From a virus (lineage: Duplodnaviria; Caudoviricetes), in the IMG/VR virus record IMGVR_UViG_3300035049_000152, positions 1 to 29,161 of that record: a DNA stretch of 29,161 nucleotides. One strand, 5' to 3'. Below, piece by piece: positions 1-8,105 of this stretch. The stretch's first letter is position 1, and every line of letters starts with the position of its first letter. Below the pieces are notes generated by a model. That model saw only the letters and a program-made list of their open reading frames with translations. It was not told where the DNA came from and did no database searches. The translations under genes and the position numbers were made by a program.

Positions 1-1
1 G

Positions 2-1846
2 TTGAATAAAATTACTGGTAGATCTTTTTGGGGAATGTGGTGTGAGCAGAAAGAAGAATTGAAAGAAGCTCTCCAGATGATAGATGGTGACTTTCTTTAT
101 AAGTTGATTGTTTTTTGTTGGATGCGTGGTGAAGGAAAATCTTTAGTAGTTTGTTTGATTCAGATGTGGAAATTTTTCATGTTTCCCAGGCAGCAAATAG
201 TTCTTGGGGCGAATTCAAAAGATCAGTCTAAATTTGTCCATTACGACATGATAAGGGACTTGGTCTTGAATAGTCCTAATCTTATACGTATTGTTGGTAA
301 GAGAAATATTCAGGAAAAGTCTATCGCCTTGATGAATCATAAAAATGAAGTGCAGTCAGCAATACGAAGTATTTCATCTTATAGTGGAATCGTATCTAAT
401 ATTACTGGATATACATTTTCAGAAATGTTTGATATGAAAGATCCAAAGTTTTTCGTACAGTTAGATGGAAGTACTCGTAATATTCCTTTGGCTTTGGGAA
501 CGATTGACAGTACAGTGTCTACAAAAGAACATGTTCTTTATAGATTATTTAAGTCTTATGAGAAAGGTACTGATGAAGCTCTCTATTTCAGTCATAGAAG
601 CTCACCAAAAGCTGATTATAGAGACTTCTGGCATCCCAGGATGACACAGAAGCAATTGACTTCTTATAAATCAAGATTCCCTCCAGCAGAGTTCGAAAGA
701 TACTTTAAAAACTCATGGGAACTTTCTACAGGAAAGCTTTTTACTCCTGAAATTGTCGAGCTTGTGAATTCTATAGGTATAGATTCTGAAATTGGCTTTT
801 CAAAAATACTGACAAAAAAGATAACAAAAACACATGAGAAGGTTTTGAGTCTCAGGGCTGAGTTAGAGAAGGTGAATAGGAGAAATAGACGAGTACATTC
901 AACCAAATCCAGAAGAACAAAGAAGAGCAAACGTACTAAAAACCTGCCGAGAGTTACTGCAAGGGACTTCAATGTACGGGCAGGGAACAAGAAAACAGGA
1001 GCAAAACGTAGTCAAAAAGCTATAGACCAAGACATAAGTATGACAATACTCAATGAGATCGATTCTAATTTAGATAGAATCATTAGGGTAGATGAAGTAT
1101 ATACATTGAGTAATAATGGATTACCGTCTATGGTTTCCTATGAAACTCTTAAAAAATTAGGAGAGACATTCGATACTAATTGGGCAATTCAAACTGGATT
1201 GGATAGATCAGACCCATTATCCACAACTTCTTCTGCAAGGACAATGTTGGTGGCTGCTGCTAAAGGGGCCGTTGGCAGTAAAACAAGGTACAAGACTTTG
1301 CAACATGACAAAAATTCTATTGAATACATAAATATCTTATTGCATGTAAGCCATATACAAGATGCATCTTTAAGAGGTATTAAGGATGAATTACAAGCAA
1401 TACATGATGAATATGATGGAATAGATACTTTTTGTTCAGAGAGATGGGGTGTGTGGGATTTGCAAGACTGGTGCGAAGAAATGGATATTTCTTTTGAAGC
1501 AGTATTTCCTTCTTATACATTACAAAAAGCGGCGTTTACTGAATTGTATCAAGCGTGTGCAAGAGGATTATTTAAGGCTCCAATTGTTTTTATTGCTGGC
1601 TCAAAAGAAGATAATATTTTGAGGGAAGAGATGCGATCTTTTGATTATGATCCAGAAAGAAAATGGTATGGATCTCCTCAAAAAAATGAAAGTGGTGGGA
1701 TACAAGACGACTGTATGTTTGCTTTAGCATTGTGTTTGTATGGTGGTCGGGAGTTGTCATTAGATGATTTAAGAGAACTACAATCAATGAAAGAGATGTT
1801 TGGAATTTTTTATAGCCCTCAAAATAATAGGAGACAAAAAGTATGA
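2..1846 (+). CDS. terL: Terminase large subunit (probably 5'-partial at window edge)
   Basis: Q motif (WCEQKE), Walker A-like CWMRGEGKS (116-142), ANSKDQS motif, variant Walker B GYTFSE (407-424), motif III-like IDST, RNase H-like nuclease acidic motifs GLDRSD and QDDCMFAL. It lies directly upstream of the portal with an ATGA overlap. Confidence 0.9.
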   Translation: MNKITGRSFWGMWCEQKEELKEALQMIDGDFLYKLIVFCWMRGEGKSLVVCLIQMWKFFMFPRQQIVLGANSKDQSKFVHYDMIRDLVLNSPNLIRIVGKRNIQEKSIALMNHKNEVQSAIRSISSYSGIVSNITGYTFSEMFDMKDPKFFVQLDGSTRNIPLALGTIDSTVSTKEHVLYRLFKSYEKGTDEALYFSHRSSPKADYRDFWHPRMTQKQLTSYKSRFPPAEFERYFKNSWELSTGKLFTPEIVELVNSIGIDSEIGFSKILTKKITKTHEKVLSLRAELEKVNRRNRRVHSTKSRRTKKSKRTKNLPRVTARDFNVRAGNKKTGAKRSQKAIDQDISMTILNEIDSNLDRIIRVDEVYTLSNNGLPSMVSYETLKKLGETFDTNWAIQTGLDRSDPLSTTSSARTMLVAAAKGAVGSKTRYKTLQHDKNSIEYINILLHVSHIQDASLRGIKDELQAIHDEYDGIDTFCSERWGVWDLQDWCEEMDISFEAVFPSYTLQKAAFTELYQACARGLFKAPIVFIAGSKEDNILREEMRSFDYDPERKWYGSPQKNESGGIQDDCMFALALCLYGGRELSLDDLRELQSMKEMFGIFYSPQNNRRQKV

Positions 1847-3585
1847 AGTCAAAAAGAACTAAATCGAATATTGAGCAGATCTCCCCAAGAAGTTTAAGTA
1901 CACATTCATTAAATGACCAAAGAGTTGTAGATTCTTTATTGAACATGCCTGATGATGTTTTACGTTCTGTGCAATTTACATTTCCATCTTATGCACCTCC
2001 TGCAACTGCTGCACCAAAAGCAGATGCTGATGGATTTCCACTGATAACAAAAAATGATTATAGCAATTTAAAAAATCTTCAGCTTGAATGTTGGGATAAA
2101 TTTGGAAAGAATCCACAAATTAATTCTCACGTTAGAGATTTTGCTGGCAGACTTACTGGTTGGGGTTTTGATTTTACATCTTCTGTTTTTGAGATAGATA
2201 CAGTTATTGAAGAAATCATGGATGACCCTAGAAATGATTTAAGGATCAATTTTCCTAAGTATGTGGGCCGGGCTGAGATTGAAGGTGAATTGCATCTTAT
2301 GTTCACTGTACATACTGATGGTTTTATTGAAGTTGATTTTGTTGATCCAGCTATTATTGGCCCTGGTGGAGATAATGATTCAGGTATTTTATTTCATCCT
2401 ACCAAGACTACATTTCCTTTGGCTTATCTTATAAATATGGATAAGTCTGGATACAGAGGAAGTCATAGTAAAGTCCGCAGTGTACAAGATGGACGTATGG
2501 CTAATAGGAAAAATCAGGTTCTTGTTCCATCTATAAATATTGCATACTTTCCGGATCTTCTTAATGTGTTAAAAACACACAATGATTATGATGAAAAGAA
2601 GCTGGCTTTTTCTGTTGATAATAGTAGGACTTATAAAAAACTGAATAAATTTTATCGATTCATTGTAGTATGGGACAGAAGTTTTCTTACACAAAGAAAC
2701 GCTTCCCATATTAGAACTACTATTGAATGGGTAAATTATTATGAAGAATTAAAGAAGTATGAAATCAATCATAAGAAATCAAGTGGTGCTTATTTGTGGG
2801 TTGTTACGGTAGAGAATTTGAAATCTTTTAGAGCTTGGCTTGCTCTTAGTGAGGAAGATAGAAAAGAGACTGGAATCATGCAACCCAAAGACGCTGGAGG
2901 TACATTGGTAATGCCTCCTGGTTTGTCAATGAATGTGCTGTCTCCCAAACTGCCTGATATTTCAGATTCAGATACTGATATTATGCAGATGGTTTCTTCT
3001 GGTTTGAACAAACCTCAGGATCTTATGTTAGGTGATTATAGGAGTACGTATGCTTCAGTTAAAGCATCACAAGGTCCACAAAGCGATAGGACTTATGATG
3101 ATTTAGCTTACTTTTATAGGTTTCTCCAAATATTTTGGAGAGGTATATTTAAGCTGAGGTCAGTTGTATCTGATTTTAAGGAGTTCCGTTATACAAAGGT
3201 TGTGTCTCATTTTGAAAATCAGGAAGCTAAGAGTAGGAGAAAAAGAGTTCCTTCTTATAAACTGGTTGAGATATGTTTGCCTGTTTCTAAACTTGATGAT
3301 TTAGAAAGTACAGCAAAAGCTCTCTTGGGCACAAAGCATGGAAGTGTTGTTGATACTCTTGGAATTCCTCCATCTGAAATTGCGAAGAGGATGGGGTTCT
3401 CTAATTACGATAGTATGCGGAGAAAAAGTATCAGTGAGGAAGAGTACTACCCGGAACTTACAGCTAATGAAGATGCTGAATCTGTTCAAGAAAGGGAAGA
3501 GGCTGAGCCTCCAAAAAACAGGAATGATAAGGGTTCCGGGGGTACTGAGGACAAGAATAGTAAGAAGTCAAAACGCACAAAATGA
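1843..3585 (+). CDS. Portal protein
   Basis: 580 aa between terminase and protease. Portal-like segments PQINSHVRDFAGRLTGWGF, RAEIEGELHL, GGTLVMPPG, MVSSGLNKPQDLMLGD..STYAS. Charged disordered C-terminus. SD AGGAG upstream. Confidence 0.85.
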   Translation: MKSKRTKSNIEQISPRSLSTHSLNDQRVVDSLLNMPDDVLRSVQFTFPSYAPPATAAPKADADGFPLITKNDYSNLKNLQLECWDKFGKNPQINSHVRDFAGRLTGWGFDFTSSVFEIDTVIEEIMDDPRNDLRINFPKYVGRAEIEGELHLMFTVHTDGFIEVDFVDPAIIGPGGDNDSGILFHPTKTTFPLAYLINMDKSGYRGSHSKVRSVQDGRMANRKNQVLVPSINIAYFPDLLNVLKTHNDYDEKKLAFSVDNSRTYKKLNKFYRFIVVWDRSFLTQRNASHIRTTIEWVNYYEELKKYEINHKKSSGAYLWVVTVENLKSFRAWLALSEEDRKETGIMQPKDAGGTLVMPPGLSMNVLSPKLPDISDSDTDIMQMVSSGLNKPQDLMLGDYRSTYASVKASQGPQSDRTYDDLAYFYRFLQIFWRGIFKLRSVVSDFKEFRYTKVVSHFENQEAKSRRKRVPSYKLVEICLPVSKLDDLESTAKALLGTKHGSVVDTLGIPPSEIAKRMGFSNYDSMRRKSISEEEYYPELTANEDAESVQEREEAEPPKNRNDKGSGGTEDKNSKKSKRTK

Positions 3586-3603
3586 TTCTGGTATCTAAGG
3601 GAC

Positions 3604-3633
3604 TTGATCAATGTGTTGTTTATGTCTTATACT
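3604..3633 (+). promoter_or_regulatory. Putative sigma70-type promoter for head genes
   Basis: TTGATC (3604-3609), 18-nt spacer, TATACT (3628-3633), in the ~110-nt gap between portal and protease genes. Confidence 0.4.
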
Positions 3634-3703
3634 TTTTTTACCTGTCAAGACTACACAACATCAACACATTTTGAGGAGGTAACATGTAGTCAAGGAGTTG
3701 ATC

Positions 3704-5092
3704 ATGCCAAAAGCTTTTGAAAAATGTGTGAAAAATGGTGGGAAAGTACGAACTGTTTCCGGACCATCTAAAAAACATGGATTAGACGATGGGGAATATG
3801 TCAAGTATTGTACTGACAAGAATGGAAAAACTCATCGTGGTGAAGTGAAAAAGAAATCAAAAAAGTCAAATAATTCGGAACAAGGAGCATCAATGGCACT
3901 CCAGAACAATATGAAGATTCCAAAATCAGGATTGTGCATTAATGATGCTGCCGTTGTGAAGTTATCAGAAGGTAATGATGATGAACCTCGCAAAGCGGCA
4001 TTGCTTGCGTATTCTGGAAAAGTAATCAAGGGTCATTGGTTGTGGGGTGACTTGGCTATTGATGTATCTGGTATTCAATTCAAACGGAAAAGATATCCTA
4101 TTCTTGAAGAGCATAACACTGATAGAAAGGTTGGCTTTTCTAATAAGTTGCCGGATACTGATAAAGGTGCAGTTGAATTTGCTGAAATTCAATTGCTCAA
4201 CAATCCAGTTGCCCAGGAATTTTACGATAATTCAAAAGCAGGATTTCCCTACCAAGCTTCTATCAGTATTAAACCCACTGTAATAGAAGAACTTGGAGAA
4301 GATGAAAAAACGGAAGTTAATGGCATGACCATGAAAGGTCCTGGCATTGTTTTTCGTAAATCTATTTATAGGGAAACTTCTGTATGTGTTCATGGATATG
4401 ACAGCAATACCAAATCTCAAGCATTATCTGATAATGAAGAGAATGTGGAGTTGAGTGTTGATATTATCAAACAAGGTAAAAAAGTGGATTCAAAGGAAAC
4501 ACAAGAACCTGATGATGGAGGTAAAATTATGAAGTTGTCTGAGCTGAAAGAACAGTACCCTCAGCTTGTGGCTGAGTTGACTGAAGAAATCAAAGGTGCT
4601 TTTACTGAAGAGATTTCCAAGAAAGATCAGGAAATCCAAGGTTTGAAGCAGAAGAATACTGAGCTTTCCGGGGCGAATGAAGATTTGGGCAAGCGTGTAT
4701 CTGCACTGGAAAATGAGAATATCCTGCGTAAGGAAGGCAATCTCAAGCTCAGTGTGCAAAATACTGTCAATGACAAGCTGAAAGACAGTAACATTCCTTC
4801 TCGTCTGCATGATCGTTTTACTGAGCGATTTTCCTACAATTCTTATATCAATGAACAGAATGAAATTGATACTGAAAAGCTGCATAAGGATATTGATGCT
4901 GAAATTCAGCATTGGGAAGCTTCTTTGGCTGAAGTATCTGGTACTGGTGAGCCTGTGCGTGGATTCAGTAAGTCCAACAATGTGGTAAATCCGGGCAAAA
5001 AGGGCACTGAGTTTTCTGAGGAAGATGCTGATAGTATCACACAACGTATTCTTGCCCATGTTGGTGTCAAGGTTCCTGAGAAGTCTGAGTAA
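3704..5092 (+). CDS. Prohead protease / scaffold polyprotein with basic N-terminal extension
   Basis: Assemblin-fold (HK97/Mu gpI-like) protease motifs AYSG, PILEEH (His), GFPYQAS (Ser), YRETSVC, followed by a coiled-coil C-terminal half. ATG at 3704 follows AAGGAG (3692-3697) and is preferred over the TTG at 3698. Confidence 0.85.
   Translation: MPKAFEKCVKNGGKVRTVSGPSKKHGLDDGEYVKYCTDKNGKTHRGEVKKKSKKSNNSEQGASMALQNNMKIPKSGLCINDAAVVKLSEGNDDEPRKAALLAYSGKVIKGHWLWGDLAIDVSGIQFKRKRYPILEEHNTDRKVGFSNKLPDTDKGAVEFAEIQLLNNPVAQEFYDNSKAGFPYQASISIKPTVIEELGEDEKTEVNGMTMKGPGIVFRKSIYRETSVCVHGYDSNTKSQALSDNEENVELSVDIIKQGKKVDSKETQEPDDGGKIMKLSELKEQYPQLVAELTEEIKGAFTEEISKKDQEIQGLKQKNTELSGANEDLGKRVSALENENILRKEGNLKLSVQNTVNDKLKDSNIPSRLHDRFTERFSYNSYINEQNEIDTEKLHKDIDAEIQHWEASLAEVSGTGEPVRGFSKSNNVVNPGKKGTEFSEEDADSITQRILAHVGVKVPEKSE
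4529..5092 (+). CDS. Nested in-frame scaffolding protein (187 aa)
   Basis: GGAGGT at 4517-4522 then in-frame ATG at 4529 (MKLSELKEQYPQLV). Coiled-coil sequence. Same arrangement as lambda C/Nu3 and Mu I/Z. Confidence 0.7.
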   Translation: MKLSELKEQYPQLVAELTEEIKGAFTEEISKKDQEIQGLKQKNTELSGANEDLGKRVSALENENILRKEGNLKLSVQNTVNDKLKDSNIPSRLHDRFTERFSYNSYINEQNEIDTEKLHKDIDAEIQHWEASLAEVSGTGEPVRGFSKSNNVVNPGKKGTEFSEEDADSITQRILAHVGVKVPEKSE

Positions 5093-5137
5093 TAATCACT
5101 TTTATAACATAACTCATTGTAAAATGGAGGTATAAAT

Positions 5138-5878
5138 ATGCCTATTGGACCTGGTAAAAGTACTGCTGGATTGGGGGGAAATTACCCACAAGTGAATCGT
5201 GAAGGGCACACCAAGCTTCGCCAAAAAATGCTGTTCTACTCTGATCGTGGAGTAGCATTGATCGTTCCTAAAACCATCAAGGGTGGTTTTGGGAATTTGG
5301 AGCTTGGTACACCTTTGGCAGTGATGTACGATGGAAGTAATGCAGCTCAAGACAAGCTTGTGCCTTATGCTGCTGCTGCGGATTGGGCTGATCTTACTCC
5401 TTCTACTGATCCTGCAAGGGTGATGCTGTTGGCAAATGCTGATGCGACCGCTTCAAAGTTCTACATTGATGTTACAAAAGTAGGACGTTTTGATGAAGAT
5501 GATGTTGTTGTACTGGCTGAGGATGATGGTCCTACCTATGAGGAAGTCACCATTACCAGTATTGATGATGAGTACAATGATGTAATGGCTGAGATCACTA
5601 TTTCCGGTGAGCTTTCCAATGCCTTTGCAACTGCCAACAATGCCTGTGTGTATCATAAGGGTGATACCAATGATGGTGGCAATACTCATCTGAGTAAGGC
5701 CGTTGGTATCCTGGATGAAGATTGTGCTACTGGTGATGCTGACAATCCTACTGGTGCTCATGCATCTATGTTCGTTTCCAATGGTATTTTGGTGAATACT
5801 ACTTTGAAAAATATGGATTCTCAGGCATTGACTGATCTCGGTGCAACCGAAGATGGAATGTACACTATTTTCAAATAA
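5138..5878 (+). CDS. Head decoration (lambda gpD-like) protein with inserted beta domain
   Basis: Located between scaffold and capsid genes. Motifs LELGTPLA, KLVPY and KAVGILDED are typical of gpD-like proteins. SD GGAGGT. Confidence 0.75.
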   Translation: MPIGPGKSTAGLGGNYPQVNREGHTKLRQKMLFYSDRGVALIVPKTIKGGFGNLELGTPLAVMYDGSNAAQDKLVPYAAAADWADLTPSTDPARVMLLANADATASKFYIDVTKVGRFDEDDVVVLAEDDGPTYEEVTITSIDDEYNDVMAEITISGELSNAFATANNACVYHKGDTNDGGNTHLSKAVGILDEDCATGDADNPTGAHASMFVSNGILVNTTLKNMDSQALTDLGATEDGMYTIFK

Positions 5879-5911
5879 ATTGCTTTTGATGCACATACGG
5901 AGGTTTGTAAT

Positions 5912-7168
5912 ATGAAAGGATTGGCAAATGGAATTGACGCACTGCGTCTGGAAGTTCTTAATCGGGTAGTTTCACAAATGCCCGTTGCAAAAGATTTGTT
6001 CTTTTTGAACATGTTTCCAAGTAACAATTACCCAAGTGACAGCATTCGCTGGTTGCTCGAATACGGGACCAGCGGTATGTCTCCTTTTGCTGCGCCGGGT
6101 GCTCCGGCTCCTGTCATGGGAGATGAATGGTTGTTTGCGGAAGGTTCCGCTCGGGCTGCTTTCTGGAAGGAAAAGACCTTTTTGGATGAGCAGATGCTGA
6201 ACAACCTGCGTGAACCTTTGACTGAATCTCAATACATGACTGCTGAACGGCAGTTGAGCCGTAAAGAGCTTCGTCTGAAGACTCGGTCTGATAAACGGCG
6301 GGAGTGGATGATTGCCAAGATGTTTTTTGATGGTACTTTGACCTATCAGCAAGAAAAGGGTTTGAAGTTCACTATTGATTATGGCATTCCTGAGCAACAC
6401 AAGCTTGCCCTGACTGGTGAAGAACTGTGGATCAAAGATGATGGTGCTATGGGCAGCTCGGCCAAGCCTGTGCAGGATACTTTCGATGTTCTGGATACTT
6501 ATGTGGACAATGTTGGTCGTGAACCTGAGTATGTTCTTACTACACGGAAAATCATTCGCAAGCTGATGTTTGACGAGGATATTCAGGGTCTTTTGCAGAA
6601 GTCTACTTTTGGTGAAGGTGATTTGTTCAATAATCCTGTTAAGGTTCTTGGGGATCTGCTTGGCTTTGGTGGCAAGTTGGCTACCTATGATGAGATTTAT
6701 GAAGTGTCATCCTGGTTGACCACTGATCTTTCTGCTGGCGGTACTGATATTTACGTTGAAGATGCTACTGATTTTGATGATACAGCAAATAGTGGTGTTC
6801 TGCGTATTTTTGATATGACCAAGCAGTATGTTTGGGAAGATCTGACCATTGAATCTGTGGATCGTGCCAATAACAAGATTACTGTGACAGAAGGTCCGAC
6901 CAATAGCTATAAGGCCCAACGTGACCGTGTCGTTCTGCGCCGAAAGTACATGACAGAAGATAGGATCACCATGTTCAGCACTTCCAAGGAAGGTGAGCCT
7001 GCTGCTGAATTCATGAATGCACCTTTTGGCCTGGAACGATATTGGGGCCAGCAGGTTGATCAGCATGAAAATTGGGACCCGGATGGAATTTGGTTGCGTG
7101 TGCGTAATAAGGGACTTCCGGTTCTTTATCATCCTGACCTTGTTATCAACTTTAAAGTTGGTGCTTAA
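5912..7168 (+). CDS. Major capsid protein (lambda gpE-like, HK97 fold)
   Basis: Motifs FFLNMFP, MSPFAAPGAPAP, RREWMIAKMFFDG, IDYGIP and WDPDGIWLRVRNKGLPVLYHPD. SD GGAGGT. GC and codon usage look like a highly expressed gene. Confidence 0.92.
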   Translation: MKGLANGIDALRLEVLNRVVSQMPVAKDLFFLNMFPSNNYPSDSIRWLLEYGTSGMSPFAAPGAPAPVMGDEWLFAEGSARAAFWKEKTFLDEQMLNNLREPLTESQYMTAERQLSRKELRLKTRSDKRREWMIAKMFFDGTLTYQQEKGLKFTIDYGIPEQHKLALTGEELWIKDDGAMGSSAKPVQDTFDVLDTYVDNVGREPEYVLTTRKIIRKLMFDEDIQGLLQKSTFGEGDLFNNPVKVLGDLLGFGGKLATYDEIYEVSSWLTTDLSAGGTDIYVEDATDFDDTANSGVLRIFDMTKQYVWEDLTIESVDRANNKITVTEGPTNSYKAQRDRVVLRRKYMTEDRITMFSTSKEGEPAAEFMNAPFGLERYWGQQVDQHENWDPDGIWLRVRNKGLPVLYHPDLVINFKVGA

Positions 7169-7195
7169 TAGCATCAGTATTAGGAGAATCAATCT

Positions 7196-7567
7196 ATGAA
7201 AATAGAAGTACTGTGGACATTAAAAGCTCCGAATGGACAAATGATTCCAAAAGGAATTTATTCTGATAAAACAGAAAAAGGGATTCCTGATGTTGTTATT
7301 AGCGAGGCCAAGAGAGGAGCCAATACGGTACGTCTTTTGAGTGGGAAACTGCCTACCCAACCCAAACCCCAGGCAGCTTCTAAAAACGCAAAAGATGAGG
7401 CAGTGACACTCCAAGACACGAGTGTTGGAACAACCACTATGGCTCCTCCTGCTGCCAAAGCTTCTGTCAGACCGGATGCTGAAGTGGCCCAGGAAGAAGA
7501 TGCACCAGCAGTGAAAGAAACAAAGAAAAAGAAGACACCGTCTTCAAAACGCAGCAAAAAGAAGTAG
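7196..7567 (+). CDS. Small capsid-associated protein (lambda FI position) with low-complexity Pro/Ala/Lys tail
   Basis: SD AGGAG. Last gene before a terminator. About 50-aa N-terminal domain plus disordered tail ending KKKKTPSSKRSKKK. Function from synteny only. Confidence 0.6.
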   Translation: MKIEVLWTLKAPNGQMIPKGIYSDKTEKGIPDVVISEAKRGANTVRLLSGKLPTQPKPQAASKNAKDEAVTLQDTSVGTTTMAPPAAKASVRPDAEVAQEEDAPAVKETKKKKTPSSKRSKKK

Positions 7568-7590
7568 AGGCTTTTTAGCCCTCATGTACT

Positions 7591-7627
7591 AAGGGGTTGT
7601 CACTGTATAGGGGGCAGCCCCTTTTTT
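7591..7627 (+). terminator. Rho-independent terminator after the capsid genes
   Basis: Stem AAGGGGTTGTC / GGCAGCCCCTT (with G-U pairs) running into a T6 tract. Confidence 0.85.
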
Positions 7628-7643
7628 GTATTAGGAGGTTATC

Positions 7644-8105
7644 ATGGCAATAAATTCGGTTGATGAATTTAAATCAAAACTACAAGGGGGCTTGGGGGCT
7701 GCTTATAATCATCTGGAACCTACAGAGATTGAATTTGCAATAAATCAAGCTTTGAGTGAATTAGGATGGACCCTGCCTATAACTGAATTGACAAGAGAAT
7801 CATGGGCTATAAAAAGAGGAAAAAGACATGCTCTTGATGTCTTATGCACTGTTTCAGCTCATAAATTCAAATACAAACAAATCAATTTGAACCAAAGATT
7901 TGAGCATTATTTTGCTCTTATCAAAACAATGGATGAAGAGTACAGGTGGGCATTGGAAAATGATCTGGCCTTAATTGATGTTTCTTCAACTGATATGTTC
8001 GGTGTCTATATTCGTAATGGTTTTGTTTATGACCAATATGGCAGGGATGTTACAAAATATCTGCACTCTCTTGGGTATGACACAACTCCAGGGGGGTATG
8101 TATGA
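7644..8105 (+). CDS. Putative head-tail adaptor
   Basis: 153 aa, mainly helical-looking, first gene after the capsid block. SD AGGAGGT. Synteny only. Confidence 0.6.
   Translation: MAINSVDEFKSKLQGGLGAAYNHLEPTEIEFAINQALSELGWTLPITELTRESWAIKRGKRHALDVLCTVSAHKFKYKQINLNQRFEHYFALIKTMDEEYRWALENDLALIDVSSTDMFGVYIRNGFVYDQYGRDVTKYLHSLGYDTTPGGYV

Noticed and set aside
815-1080. Possible intein or intron in the terminase
   Set aside because: The frame is continuous, with no Cys/Ser...His-Asn splice motifs and no homing endonuclease motifs.
4490-7192. Long antisense ORFs (4490-5059, 5453-5896, 5972-6400, 6707-7192)
   Set aside because: They lie opposite clear structural genes whose codon bias removes antisense stops. 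The translations do not look like proteins.
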